A stretch of DNA of 63,466 bases, the filler included, from Intoshia linei (taxonomy: Eukaryota > Animalia > Orthonectida): NCBI GenBank assembly GCA_001642005.1. It is 7 parts of 7 records of this genome, joined end to end, with 100 filler letters (N's around TTAATTAATTAA, not from the genome) between each part and the next. Parts side by side here need not be neighbours in the genome. Positions count along the whole stretch, not along the records: positions 39,214 to 51,150 come from LWCA01001148.1; positions 51,251 to 59,199 come from LWCA01001502.1; 5 more parts are not named here. The stretch is one strand, 5' to 3'. The notes under the pieces are model-generated. The model did not search any database. It was not told the DNA's origin and saw nothing but the letters and a program-made list of their open reading frames with translations. Position numbers and translations under genes: made by a program. This document shows positions 39,214 to 51,490 of this stretch, piece by piece (the first letter of the stretch is position 1; the number at the start of each line of letters is the position of its first letter).

Positions 39214-39599
39214 AATATTGTAAATTTTTTCATATTTAGATTTCGCATATTTTGGCATGCTTAAAAACATTAATCATATAAAAATATTGCTAAATTACCT
39301 GTATTGTGAATAGAAATAAGTTAAGAATAAATAAAAACTGCTTTTAGTGAGTGATATAAAAATTGATAATAAGTTTATTTATTACAATCATGCATAAAAT
39401 AAAAGTACAAAACAAAACAAAATTAATGTTTGAAAATATAATTTAACTTTTGACAAATATTTTTTAACTTTATTAATTTAATCAAATTTTAATTAGCCAA
39501 TTAATGTGCCTAAAATTATTATCATTGTGATTATAATTTGATGATTATGAACATATCAAAATTTGCCCTAGTTAAAAAATAATCGCCCTAATAATGAAT

Positions 39600-39683
39600 A
39601 AAAGTTTTCGGCTTAAATTTTAAGTTAACATTTTTATTTCAAATAATCTAAAACTGATATTACGTATTTTTCTGGCAACTTTA
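39600..39683 (-). mobile_element. Divergent TAAAGT(G/T)G host-MITE end with an empty TTTAAGC site
   Basis: Reverse complement reads taaagttgccagaaaaatacgtaatatcagttttagattatttgaaataaaaatgttaacttaaaaTTTAAGCcgaaaac. Confidence 0.65.
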
Positions 39684-40126
39684 CTTTAATTGTAATTTTC
39701 ATACAAAACTTCGGTTATTTGTCAATAAATAATTACGAAAAGTTTTCATGCCTTGTACTCATAATAAAACAAAATTTCGGAATAAAATTAAATGTTTTGA
39801 GTTATACAGAAAAGTTTAAATATATGGCAAAAGCGAATTGACGAACTATAGACCGGTAAAATGTAGATAAAAGACTGTTTTCGATATTAACAATATTAAA
39901 TGGTTAACCGTTTCATAGACGACATAAGTGCAGAACCTACCGTACCCAGAGTCCACTCTTCGGTATTACAACTAAAAATTATTATATAGAGACAAATTGT
40001 CTCAGACAATACACCCATCAACTGATAAACAATTTGTAATGTTATCATTATACAGTAACGTCCTGTGGAAACATAAAAACAACTTAATACATAATAATTA
40101 TTGAAGATAAACAATATTTTAGTAAA

Positions 40127-43100
40127 ATGCAAAAAAAGACGGAAAAAGAGTAACAATAAATAATTTTAAAATATAACCATAAATATAGTATCAAATCAGT
40201 CAATGATGTATTAAACGTGGTTCCAATAAACACCCTAGTAAAAAGTGTCAACTGTGCGAGAAGGCATAGGGTAAGTTGCTACGTAAATCAAAAACCAAAC
40301 TCACGTAAAGACATAAAAATAATTGAAAATAGCATATTCAAACACGATACAGCTAGATCATCCGATTTATCAAATATATCGGTTTGTAAGCAATATGAAC
40401 AACATAAAGTAAAAAAATTATTCATAAAACCATTTACAGCAGTCATACCTAAAAAAAATTGTAAAAATCAAAATCACTTAAAAATTGACGATTGGTTGGA
40501 TGAAAGTAATGAATTTATATTGAAAGGAACTTGTGACGCTAAAAATGATATTAAAAGCACACTGTGTATTAATGACGACCGAGAAACGTTTAAATTTAAT
40601 AAATTAAATGAAATTGATAGTTCAAAAGGGGTAATAGATGTTAATGATTCAAAAAACGCTAAAAATATAAATAAAACTTTAAATAGTAATTTTGATTTTA
40701 AAACAGTAAATCCAGATGAATATAAATTAAATGTTCCAAAAATAAAAATATCACCAAGGAAAAAAAAATCAGACTACAAGTCAACGTTTATATATCTATC
40801 CAAGAGCATCAAAAAATCATTCAACAATTATGACGAAATTAACCAAAATAAAGTTAATTTATCGACTAAACCGGTAATATAATATTTATATTGGGTCTTG
40901 TAACGGATTCATGTTTTTCATTTGGTATTAACTATTAACCCTTGTTTAATTAATTTTTAAATTTATATTCATACTAGTCCATAACACAAGAATCTTCAAC
41001 CTGTATTAGAGATCAATTGAATGAAAATATAAATGATTTTAAAAAAAAGGAATATTTGACTAACAAAGAAAAATTAATTAATTCTAGAAATTCAACCAAA
41101 TGGAGTAATTATAATAAATAATACATGATTTAAATTTTAATTTCTACAACTTTGGTAGATTTTCATTTTTTTGATATAAAAATACAATAATGTAAAGTGG
41201 CCAGAAAAATACGTACTATCACTTTTAGTTTATTTGGAATAAATTTTAAGCTAGAGTGTCCAGATTTTATAAGTACTAAATAAGTACTTTTCGAAATGTC
41301 TTAGAAACAAAAAGAACAATAAAATTGGAATTGAAAGTGCTAACAATTTGATATTTTCAATAATTTAAAAAGAATTTACAATTTAAAATATGAAATGTAA
41401 ATGTTAATTTTGTTGGTATTTATCATTGGAAATTATTTTTTTATATAATTCACTATTATTTTTTAAATGTTTGTAAAAATCAAAAAACTCTCTTTACAAA
41501 TATATTTATTTCATAATTACAATTATAATTTTTTTTGGAATAATTAAAAAATAATTAATTTTTATTAATTAATAAATTTGAAGTGATCCAAATTAAACGA
41601 TATAAAGTGTATTTTTAATAAAATTTATTAAAACGTCACTTTATTAAGAAAATGAAAAATTACAAGTAAAAAATTGACTAAAATTATTTATGGTATTTAC
41701 AAATACTTATTTTTAAATGTCAAAAGTACTTATGGACACACTATTTAAGCCGCAAATTTTTGTTCGTTATCATAGTAGTTTTGGCTTTACATTTAACACC
41801 AAATAAACTAAAATTGATAGTACGTATTTTTTCTGGCCACTTTAAATAATGTAATGTATAATATTCCATTTTTCGAATATAGAAAATGAGAGCAGCTTAA
41901 TTTGCTGCAGAATGATATTAATATTTTTGATTTTTATCCAAAAAAACAACCACGTCATGAAGTTTAAAGTTTTCATTTTATAATTTCTCAGTTAGTTTAT
42001 TGAAAATTTTTATAATCCGTTGTCGTGTTAATAAATTTAAATACACAATAAATGTAATACCAATTTTCAATTTATGTAAATAGATAAAACTTTTAAAAAT
42101 GTCGAATATTGAAATGATTTCATCATTTGAAAGTTTAAAAGAAATATCCGAAATATTTTGTTGAATCAAACGGTATAATAATGACCATTGAACCTTGTGA
42201 AAGATCATTTTCGACATTAATTAATGTTAGTAAATTAACTATTACAGTTGAAAATATATGTTCAAAAACTATAAACAAATTTAATTCATTAGTTTAGTCA
42301 TTTGTTTGTTAAATTTAATTTAAATTCGTACCAATTTTCTATTTAAAAATGTACTTGTGTAAAAAAATAGTTAAGACATAAATAGTAGGGCTGTTCGTTT
42401 TTGACAAAATTTTCGATTCGACAAAATTCCACCTTTACCTTAAAGAGGATACTAGAAAACCCATAAAAAATGACTAAAAACTTCTACCCCTTTTGAATTT
42501 TAAGTTTTTTGCGCGCTTTTTCTCCTTTTTATTAGATGGCGCCAATAATTTTATTTTAAACATGGATACGATTAATGTACGCCCCACTAGGACATATACC
42601 AAATTTGAATTGAAAAATGAAATATTTAACCTCACAGGGCGTTTTTGCCATAAAAAGGGTTTTTTGTAATATTGGTCAAATATAAAAATTCTAAAATTTA
42701 TAATTACCAAAAATTTATTTTAACTGAAAATTTGAGTGTGTCATTATGAAATTGAGTTATTTACGTTTTAAATACATTTTAATGAAAAAAAGTAATATGA
42801 ACTCTAGAAGCTGAGCTAAAAAATTGAACTGTGTTTATTCTAATCGATTAATTTTTATAAAAATTGTATAACGATATGTAAAATGTGAAATTGCATTTTA
42901 GTGTTTTAATTAATTAAAATCAGAAAAAAAACGAAAATACTTTATTATTTTCAAAAAATAATGATTAATCAATAAAAAATATTTAAGTATAAGCATTTAA
43001 AATATTTTGACCCAGTCATATAAATTCATGTCTTTTTTTGAAATTATATAATTTTTATAAAAATGACGAAAAGTTTGTCCGTGAACTGTGTCTAAAATAA

Positions 43101-46100
43101 ACGATTTTTTATTGATTTTTTTTAATTAATATGATGAGTATCACATGATCTATGTTATATCTTAAAATTATAACAAATGCATTGCAACTACGGAAAATAT
43201 GTTAGGAAACAGAAAAATGTGAATACGCGGGGTTTTATTTGTGACGAAAATAAAAAATATCATTCTGCAGCAAATTAAATGGAAATTATTATCTATATAT
43301 GTCTTTTTTAAATTTCAAAAAAAGTCCAAATTGGAATAGCCCTAATGTATAATTATTTTTAGTTGACGAATTTGAAAAAAGTATTGACGAAAAATTATAC
43401 GAAAGTGATTCAAAAAAATCATTATGTAAATCCAACATAAATTTAAGTATAGTTTCCAACATTGATAATCATGGAGGCTCTAACCGAGAAAAACATCTTA
43501 ATAAAGAACAACTTGATGATTTTGTTTCTAACGAAAATTTATGTCTGATTGATAACAAGACATATTCAATTCAAAGTAAATGTAATGTAAACGATTTAAA
43601 TTATCAGATCAATCAAAATTCTTCAATTGATATTTATAAAACAAAATTGGATATAGCTAACAAAACTATCTCGGAACTTCAAAAGGCTTTGGTAATAATA
43701 TTTACAAAGGTTTAATGTAGAGTAAAAAGTGCTTCTCAAAGGGTCAACACTATATAACAGGGGTCCACTGCTAAGGTAATGTATTATTTCAGGAATTAAA
43801 TTAATATTATTAACATAAAATATTACTAAATCCAACTCCATAAGAGAAAATCCAAATTAACCAACCCTTAAGGGAAAAACCACTTAGTAATATTTTTTGA
43901 AATATATAATGGATATAAAGAAATAAACATAAAGATATAATGGAATTTTAAAAAACAACGATTCATTGATATTTGTCGCTAGGTTGGCTAGTTTGTATGC
44001 TATACTTTTTAATTTGGTGTTTACATGAATTTACAATTTATTTGTAACTATAACGTAAATAACTGTTAATTTATTAATATTATATTTAATATTTAATAGA
44101 AATATCAAGAAGAACTCACTAATAAGCGAACAAGTTCAATTGTCGAAAATTTGAAAAATAATATTGAAGCTCTGAATAATGATCACAATCAAATAATAAA
44201 GAATAAAGTAAAATTTATAGATCAGGTATTTAATTGACTTTTAAGAGTTAAATAAAATCCGTGCAAATAATTTTGTTTGAAAAGATTCATGTGTTTTATA
44301 TTCATTATTTCTTTTGATTTATTTCATTGTGATTAAAATTTGGAAATTTCAATTATTAACACATTGGTTGATAATATATTAAAAACTATTTTTCACCGGG
44401 AATGCGTAAATTTCTGGGGTTGAAATTTTGTATTTATATCAAATGAAATATGTTCTATCAGAATAATCTTTTTAATTTTTGGACTGTTAATTATTCACAT
44501 TTTTTGTTTTAATAAAATATTTAGGAAAAAAATATATGAATACTAAAATGCTTTTTTGACCATGAAGGCGTCACTTATTCAGATTGAAATTTTGTGTGTG
44601 TGTTAACAGGATATAACTGTACCACCTGTAATTTTTTTTAAAATCATAGGGCTGTTTTCATTAAAAAAAGGGTAATTTGTGGTTTTAGCTCTGAAGATAT
44701 AATTTTTTTAAATTTATGATAATATTTATGATTTGGATATTTTTTTAAACTCTTAAACTCTTTTGATTTCCATAAAAAAGGACAATTGCCCTTTTTGACC
44801 TGTAAGATGTGAGTTTGGGAGGTTGAATTGTATCTTACTTTCACACCCGGAAAGCTGTATTAGAAATGTTGACTTTGTAAAATTGTAAGACTTGTAGTCA
44901 TTGAAATAAACAATAACACAAACATAATCAAGCAAACTCGGTTGTATCATCACCCGTAGAAATTGTAATTGAAAATTTTTTACAAGATAGGTGTAACGCT
45001 GAAAAAAAGTTTGAAAAATGCAAGATAAAAAAATATATAGAGGAACTAAAAATGTTCATTTTATCAGACTCACACTTGGCTCTCCAGTGTCCTGATTATA
45101 CTGTCATAATGTATATATTTTAGTTGATTGATGAGAGAAATGAATTAACTAAAAATTATGAAAATACACAAAAAGATCTAGAGGCTGTGACCATGAAATG
45201 CAATAAAAAGATTTCTTTATTGGAACGAAAGTAATATTTAAAATTTATTTTAATTTGTCAATGTTCTGTCTGATTTTGACAGATTTACAAATGTACAGTT
45301 TGTAAATAGCGAACAGTGTTTGTCGAGTTATAAAAAAGATTAAGTTTTATCAAAAAGTCCTTAATTATTATTTTTAGATCATAGAAAAAATACTAATAAA
45401 CTGGTAGTTAAATAATTTAATTATTTGGCCCTATTCACAAATATGGTTGGACTACCCTGATGTACTGTGTAAAATTTTTAATTTCAAGTCCTGTTTTGCA
45501 TTAACAAAACATTTTCTTGCCTTTGTCAAAACTAATAAGTTCAACTACTATCAGAAAAATTTATAATTGGTTCGCATTTGCATTCCCGTTTTTTTGTTCT
45601 TTTTATTTTGGATGGATGAATAGTGTTCATTTCGACTATATTTAATACTCTACCAATATTGCAATCTATATCACTTTGTAATTGAAAAAACTTTTCATCT
45701 TCCATATAAATAAATAGATTGGGTTTTAAGGTCGAATAATTTTGTCCATGAATTTTTAATATTTAATTTTTTCTGTTTTCCTCCTTTTTTTGTATTTTAA
45801 TATTTATACATTTTAATGCAGGTATTGATTTTTCTTATAACCTGTCTTATATCTTTATTATAATTATTTTGTCAGTATTCAGTTACATATTTGTTAGTTT
45901 TTAATTGCTTTCTTGTCAGTACATAATTGCATTTTTGTCATAAAATATATTAACTAGATCAATATTCATCGAAAATTGTAAGTAACTTAACAATAAAGTA
46001 TATAGAAATAAACACATTTTATAAAATAATATTTTGTCAGTAAAAAAATTGAATTGTAGGTTTGATGATTTTGGAGTGTCAGTATAAAAATTAAAAATCT

Positions 46101-48165
46101 AGTTTTTGAAAATTGAATGTAATTATGTCAATCCCTTTAATCTTTTTTATATCTCTCTTGTCTTTATTATTATCCTTGTGAGGTTAATAATTAGGTTAAT
46201 CTTATGAAATACTTTATATAATAATATCATCCTCTACAGACCCAAATTAAAACTGAAATATTAAGATACCACATTATATCTACAAACCAGTTACAAAAAA
46301 ATAAGAAATATTCTATGGTGTTCACACCAGAGAATATTTTTTTATGAGAACAAATTGTTAATTAATTGTGTCAGTATTTTTCTTTAATTATTTTTCAGTA
46401 TTGTAGATAGTTTGTCAATATTTTAGGTGCTTTTACTGACAAAATAATTTTTTAATACTGCACTTCCAATTTAAATTCTGAAAATCAATTATTTATACTG
46501 ACACCTTATCAATTGGCACATAAAATACTGACAAACCATCTACAATACTGAAAAATCAATGTTTCTACTAACAAATCATCACCAATACTGACAAATCAAT
46601 AAGAAAAATACTGACACAATAAATGCACGCTTATTATAATAATGCGTGATTCTTTGTTTGAATTATTATTTAAGACATTCGATTGAAATTAAAAGAAAAT
46701 CTGACTTGCATAACGTCACATTAAAATTACAAAAAGAAAAATGGATTAAGGAAAATGAAAATAGAATCAAAGAAAGGACTATCAAAGGAATGCAACCTAC
46801 ATTAGAAAAATTGTTATCAAATCATAAAAATGAATTGAAATTGCAAAAAACGAATCATACTAAATTATTGATTAGTGCAGATGAAAGGGCATATGAAAAG
46901 TACATTTCAGTACAAATTAAAAATGAATTCTCAGTATTTTAAAACTAAAGCACAATTTAGATATCTAACGCAATCTGAACGTTTAAAAGAACAATTACAA
47001 CGAGAAAAAGAAGCAGCATGTGAACATGAACGTAATCTAGCGAACAAAAGGTAAAATTCAGTTATAAGTTATAAGCAAACCATATAGACCTGACAGTTTA
47101 GTAAAGGCGTTTTGAAGCCAAGTCACGACAGCTAATTTCTTTAAAAGTTTCGGAAAAGTTTTTTCTAAATTTACAAAATGTGTACAATGTACATGAGAAG
47201 TAAACTATAATACAATAAACTTTTCCAACATAATCCGAACAAGAACTTAGATTATGAATTATGAATATAATGAAATTTGTATTATTAAATAGCTATGAAG
47301 ACTATTCAAATCGTCTGGATAATTTGACACGAGATAAAATTGAAAATCTAAAGCAAGATTTTACAGCTACAATTGAGAAATTGCGCCAAGAAAATGTTTC
47401 TATATTGGAAAAAAATAAATGTCTTCAAAATAAATATGAAAAAGAAAAAACTGAATTAAACTTGGAATATGAAAATAAAAATCTACAAGAAATTGAAAAA
47501 TTGAATATAAAACATAGTGTAATTAGATTGAAATGTATTTTATATCTATAAAAGTGATATTATTTGACAGCATATATTAAAGACTCGCCAGAAATGACAT
47601 AAAAATTAAGAGGGAATATGTTTTAGAGCAGGGTTACTCTACCTTATTGAGGCCAACGCTTATTATTTTTACTGCTTTAAAATCTAAAAACGATAAAGTT
47701 TGAAACGGCCCAGGAAGCGATACCGCCCCGTTGAAGACCTGGTTTAGATGTTAAATTTTACGTTCAAATAATGTTATTATTTTTTCAATTTACATTTATC
47801 TATTATCTGTATTTAGAATGCGTACGAATTGTTGAAAGATGAAACAAATCAAAAAAATTTTAAATGGAAATTAGAATATCGAAAAGAATTGGAAACGGAA
47901 TTTGAAAGAAAAGAAAGAGAAATGATTGAAAATTACAAAAAACAACGTGACGCCGAAATTGAAATGGTAATTGATAAATTGGAACAAGAATGCGAAGACA
48001 TGAGAAAAGACACAATAAATAGCTCAGAAAAACGAATTAGGTTTTATTTTTTAATAATTTTCAACTTAATTTTAATTTAGACGGTTGCAAGAAAAGTATG
48101 AATATGAAATTAAACATTTGGAATGTAGTGAAAAGGATTTGCAACAAAAGAAAAAATTATATGAG
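40127..48165 (+). CDS. CEP131: Centrosomal protein CEP131/AZI1, multi-exon, 3'-truncated; start codon tentative
   Basis: KEKWIKENENRIKERTIKGMQPTLEKLLSNHKNELK...LISADERA, LKEQLQREKEAACEHERNLA and QRDAEIEMVIDKLE match the CEP131 coiled-coil core. A low-complexity N-terminal exon lies at about 40189-40873. Confidence 0.85.
41193..41844. mobile_element. TAAAGTGG host MITE with one nested insert (41252-41743)
   Basis: About 45-bp TIRs and 7-bp TSD aataatg. The nested element tagagtgtcca...tggacacacta is flanked by TTTAAGC on both sides. Confidence 0.88.
41897..43278. mobile_element. TIR element bounded by TTAA
   Basis: Perfect 23-bp inverted repeat ttaatttgctgcagaatgatatt / aatatcattctgcagcaaattaa; no coding region seen. 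Confidence 0.6.
44360..44925 (-). mobile_element. Helitron family fragment (5' half)
   Basis: Direct match to the 5' halves of the copies at 14999-16294 and 54787-56130. Confidence 0.78.
46365..46620. repeat. Foldback-like palindromic element built from TACTGACA modules
   Basis: attgtgtcagtatttttctt / aagaaaaatactgacacaat, plus a second inverted pair of about 40 bp inside. Confidence 0.7.
47629..47741. mobile_element. Short hAT-type MITE
   Basis: cagggttactctac ... gttgaagacctg with flanks ttttagag / gtttagat. Confidence 0.45.
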
Positions 48166-48452
48166 GTTTTTTTAAGATACATTATCGGTGCACTTTTTGA
48201 ATTAGATAATGAAATTTCTACTAAACTTTACTAAAAGATTACAGTGGTTGTCGATTTAAATTTGATGCTTACATCTGTATTTAATTCAATTCAAATTCAT
48301 TAGATTTTGTAAAGTAATCTGTAATGGTAGTCTTCTTCTCATGACTTATCACTTTTGTAAAAATTACATCATCACGAATCTTGATTCAAGATCCTGAAAA
48401 AATTTTAAACCATCGTCTGTGAAAAAAATTTTTAACTGCATTTTATAGTTCA

Positions 48453-48580
48453 CTAGCTTGACTGTTATGTACTTCGTACAAACATCCTAGCTTTGTTGAG
48501 GGCGGACATTTTTATTCTACCAGGAAAATAAATTAATAAGAAAATTTAACCTAAAATTGCTACTATTCAATATTATAAAT
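48453..48580 (-). mobile_element. Helitron 3' terminus
   Basis: a-CTAG-cttgactgttatgtacttcgtacaaacatcctagctttgttgaggg matches the family 3' end and hairpin. Confidence 0.8.
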
Positions 48581-48993
48581 TATCCACTGCGTATCCATAT
48601 TATTGTTTAAAATACCATTACCCTTGTTAATCGAGACCCATTCCAAATTATCAGTAGTTAGTGTTATCATTAAATTTATACACACCAGGTCTAATTATAT
48701 CAATTATTACTTTAGGTTCTAAAAGACTAAATCCTTTTAATGAGGGTTTAATTAACCTAAAGTTTTAATGCAATTTAAGATGCATGTTCTAACACCTTCG
48801 AATAAGTTTGCCGCTTTGATGTAGGAGTATCCGGGAACGTTTAGTATCCACGGTTTAGCTTGATTTAACAATTCTAACAGTTCGTAACGTATAGTTGATT
48901 CATAAATCATTGTTTTACGACTCATGGTTTTGGATCTTTTAACAAGGTAGGGCTTCATAACGCGTGAGTAGAGGGTCCAGAGAAGTCTAGACA

Positions 48994-49880
48994 TCAGAGA
49001 ATTCTTTGCTCCGCAAATCTAAAAGATAAGATCCAATCATATTCTTCAATGTTAATATTTGAAAAGTAATGATTCAAATTATTTGCCAATAATTCGAGAT
49101 GCTCAAATATGATATTTTTTAATAGTGAATTATTACATAAAAAATAATTTGGAAACATCTCGTAATTACCAGAAATTACCATTTGGCTACATATGTTAAT
49201 TTTTTCTTTAAAACCACAAATTGAATCTGATGAAGATATAATATTTTCGTTTCTTCCTTGCATTTTAGTATTGAGGTTGTTGAGATGTCCGAATATATCC
49301 ACTAAGAAAGATAATTTGGAACACCAATACGCGTCATTTAATAAATTGCAAAATTCAGATTCAAGATTAAAAAATTTATCATTTCATATCATATACTCTT
49401 TGTAACATCTTTTCTCTTGACAGTCATCTAATTTCAGCATGTAGAAGGAGGTTGGTATATTTTCAGCCGATTTCTATGTATAAATTCGAAAATATTCTTA
49501 ATTTCAATGGTCAAGTTTTTATATAATTCACCATTTTAACGACTTGATTTAAAGCAATTATCTTTACTACGAATGATTCTCGGTGAAGAAAGCAATGAGT
49601 AGTAATCATGTTAACATTGTGTTTTTTTAGTAAAGTAACAAATTCTTTCATAGATCCAACCATTGATTGAGCTCCATCTGTGGAAATACCAACGCAGTCT
49701 TTTAGAAGTAACCTAACTGATTTAAAATAAGATCTTGTTTTATTATAAATATCTTGACCAGTTGTTTTTTCTATTAATTGCTGACAAAATAAATAATTTT
49801 CCACAACTCCTTCTTTACCGATGTAACGAATAAAACACAAAATTTAACAATATCGAGAGACATCACTGTACTTAAGTGAC
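48994..49880 (-). mobile_element. hAT (Buster/ZBED5/SCAND3-like) transposase pseudogene fragment
   Basis: DVSRYC*ILCFIRY...ENYLFC...TTGQDIY...GISTDGAQSMVG...THCFLHRE; LSFLVDIFGHLNNLNTKMQG. Confidence 0.88.
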
Positions 49881-50250
49881 CAACAATTTACTTGAGAACC
49901 CGAATCTAGTATAAATGTAATTTTTACCACATTTCTATTATCGTCAATATTGAGTTCTTGTTCAATTTGGCGCTTAGAAGATTCATAAACTGCTCTAACA
50001 TTGTTTTTGCATACATTAGCGAGATGACCATCATTTCCGCATTTGAAACATGTTACTTTTGATTTAGAATAAATTTTCTTCTTTAATTTATTTTGTTCAA
50101 ATAATGTCATATTTGATTGCTATTATTTTACAATCTTCTAATACTAATGAATTATGTATTAACAACTCTGATTCAATTTTTTCATCATTAATTGATTAAC
50201 CTTTATTCTACAAAATATTCTCCATTGCATTCAACAATTCTATTTAATTC
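49881..50250 (-). mobile_element. LTR retrotransposon gag zinc knuckle plus aspartic protease fragment
   Basis: CFKCGNDGHLANVC (CX2CX4HX4C) followed by FILDSGSQVN. Confidence 0.8.
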
Positions 50251-50304
50251 CATTTTGAAAAAAAATCTGGCTTTTATTTGTCAAAAAGTTATCAATGTCA
50301 GATT

Positions 50305-51150
50305 TTAAATGCTCAATTGAATCGTATTTTTTCTATGGTAAGGAGTAATGTCTGGAGAATATGGTGGGTGATCTAATACCTCATAATTAAGGTGCATTAA
50401 ATTTTTTCTAGTATTTAGAGCAGTATGAGGTCTAGCATTGTCGTGTAACAAAATAATATTACCTTTAGAGAACATTGGAGGTCTTTTACGGTAAATTGCG
50501 TCGGTCAATTTATCCAATTGTTCGCAATTTTCCGCATTAATGGTTTCTTTGTTTTTAAGATAATTATAATAAATTATGCCTTTCATATGCGACCAGATAC
50601 TCATCATTAGCTTTTTACCATGGAGTTCTAATTTTGGAGTCAATATCGGTGATTCCTAGGAAGATAACTATTGTTTTTTCAATTTAATATTATCACAATG
50701 TATCCATTTTTCATCACCAGTCACAATATTTTCTAAAAACGGTTCATTTTTTAATCTGACTAGTAATAATTGACATAAGTTTTTTCTATTTCATTTATGT
50801 TGAATCGTTAATAAGTGGGGTACCCATATTCCAGACTTATTCACTTTTTGTAAACGTTTAAAAAAATTAAAGGCATTGATTTCTGAACAGCTGTAAACAA
50901 TAGAAAGCGATTGACATGTTTGAATTGGATATTTTTTCAATTTACTTTTTATTTGATTAATATCAACAGTTGAAGGTCTACCGGAACGATGGAAATCCAT
51001 TAGGGTGTAGTTTTCATCTCGAAATCTTATAAACCATCTTTAACATTTTCTGTCATTTAAAACATCCTTACCATACACAGCACATATATTTTTGGCAGCT
51101 ACCACTGCACTAAGGTCCTTAAAGTACTCATACAGTAAAATATGACGTAA
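50305..51150 (-). mobile_element. Mariner (Mos1-type) transposase pseudogene
   Basis: RHILLYEY...AAKNICAVYG, RSGRP, WVPHLLT, IVTGDEKWI, LLHDNARPH and HPPYSPD, with stops and frameshifts. Confidence 0.93.
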
Positions 51151-51250
51151 NNNNNNNNNNNNNNNNNNNNNNNNNNNNNNNNNNNNNNNNNNNNTTAATT
51201 AATTAANNNNNNNNNNNNNNNNNNNNNNNNNNNNNNNNNNNNNNNNNNNN
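51151..51250. other. Assembly spacer
   Basis: 44 N + TTAATTAATTAA + 44 N. Confidence 0.98.
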
Positions 51251-51490
51251 TTCTTTTTCTTTGCGCAACTCAACCAGAAATTTTTGTGTGAAAATTGAAC
51301 TCACGTAGTAGTTTAAATATGAATACTAGCTTAATTTTTCCTACATCAACAAGAACTCGCAAAATTTCTACTTTTTGAAACACTCTAGTATAAATAGGAT
51401 GCTAAATAAATTAGTAAAAATATGCAATTGAAGATAAATATAATTTATAATAATAATAATAACATATTTATAAGTATTTTGTCATTTAGG

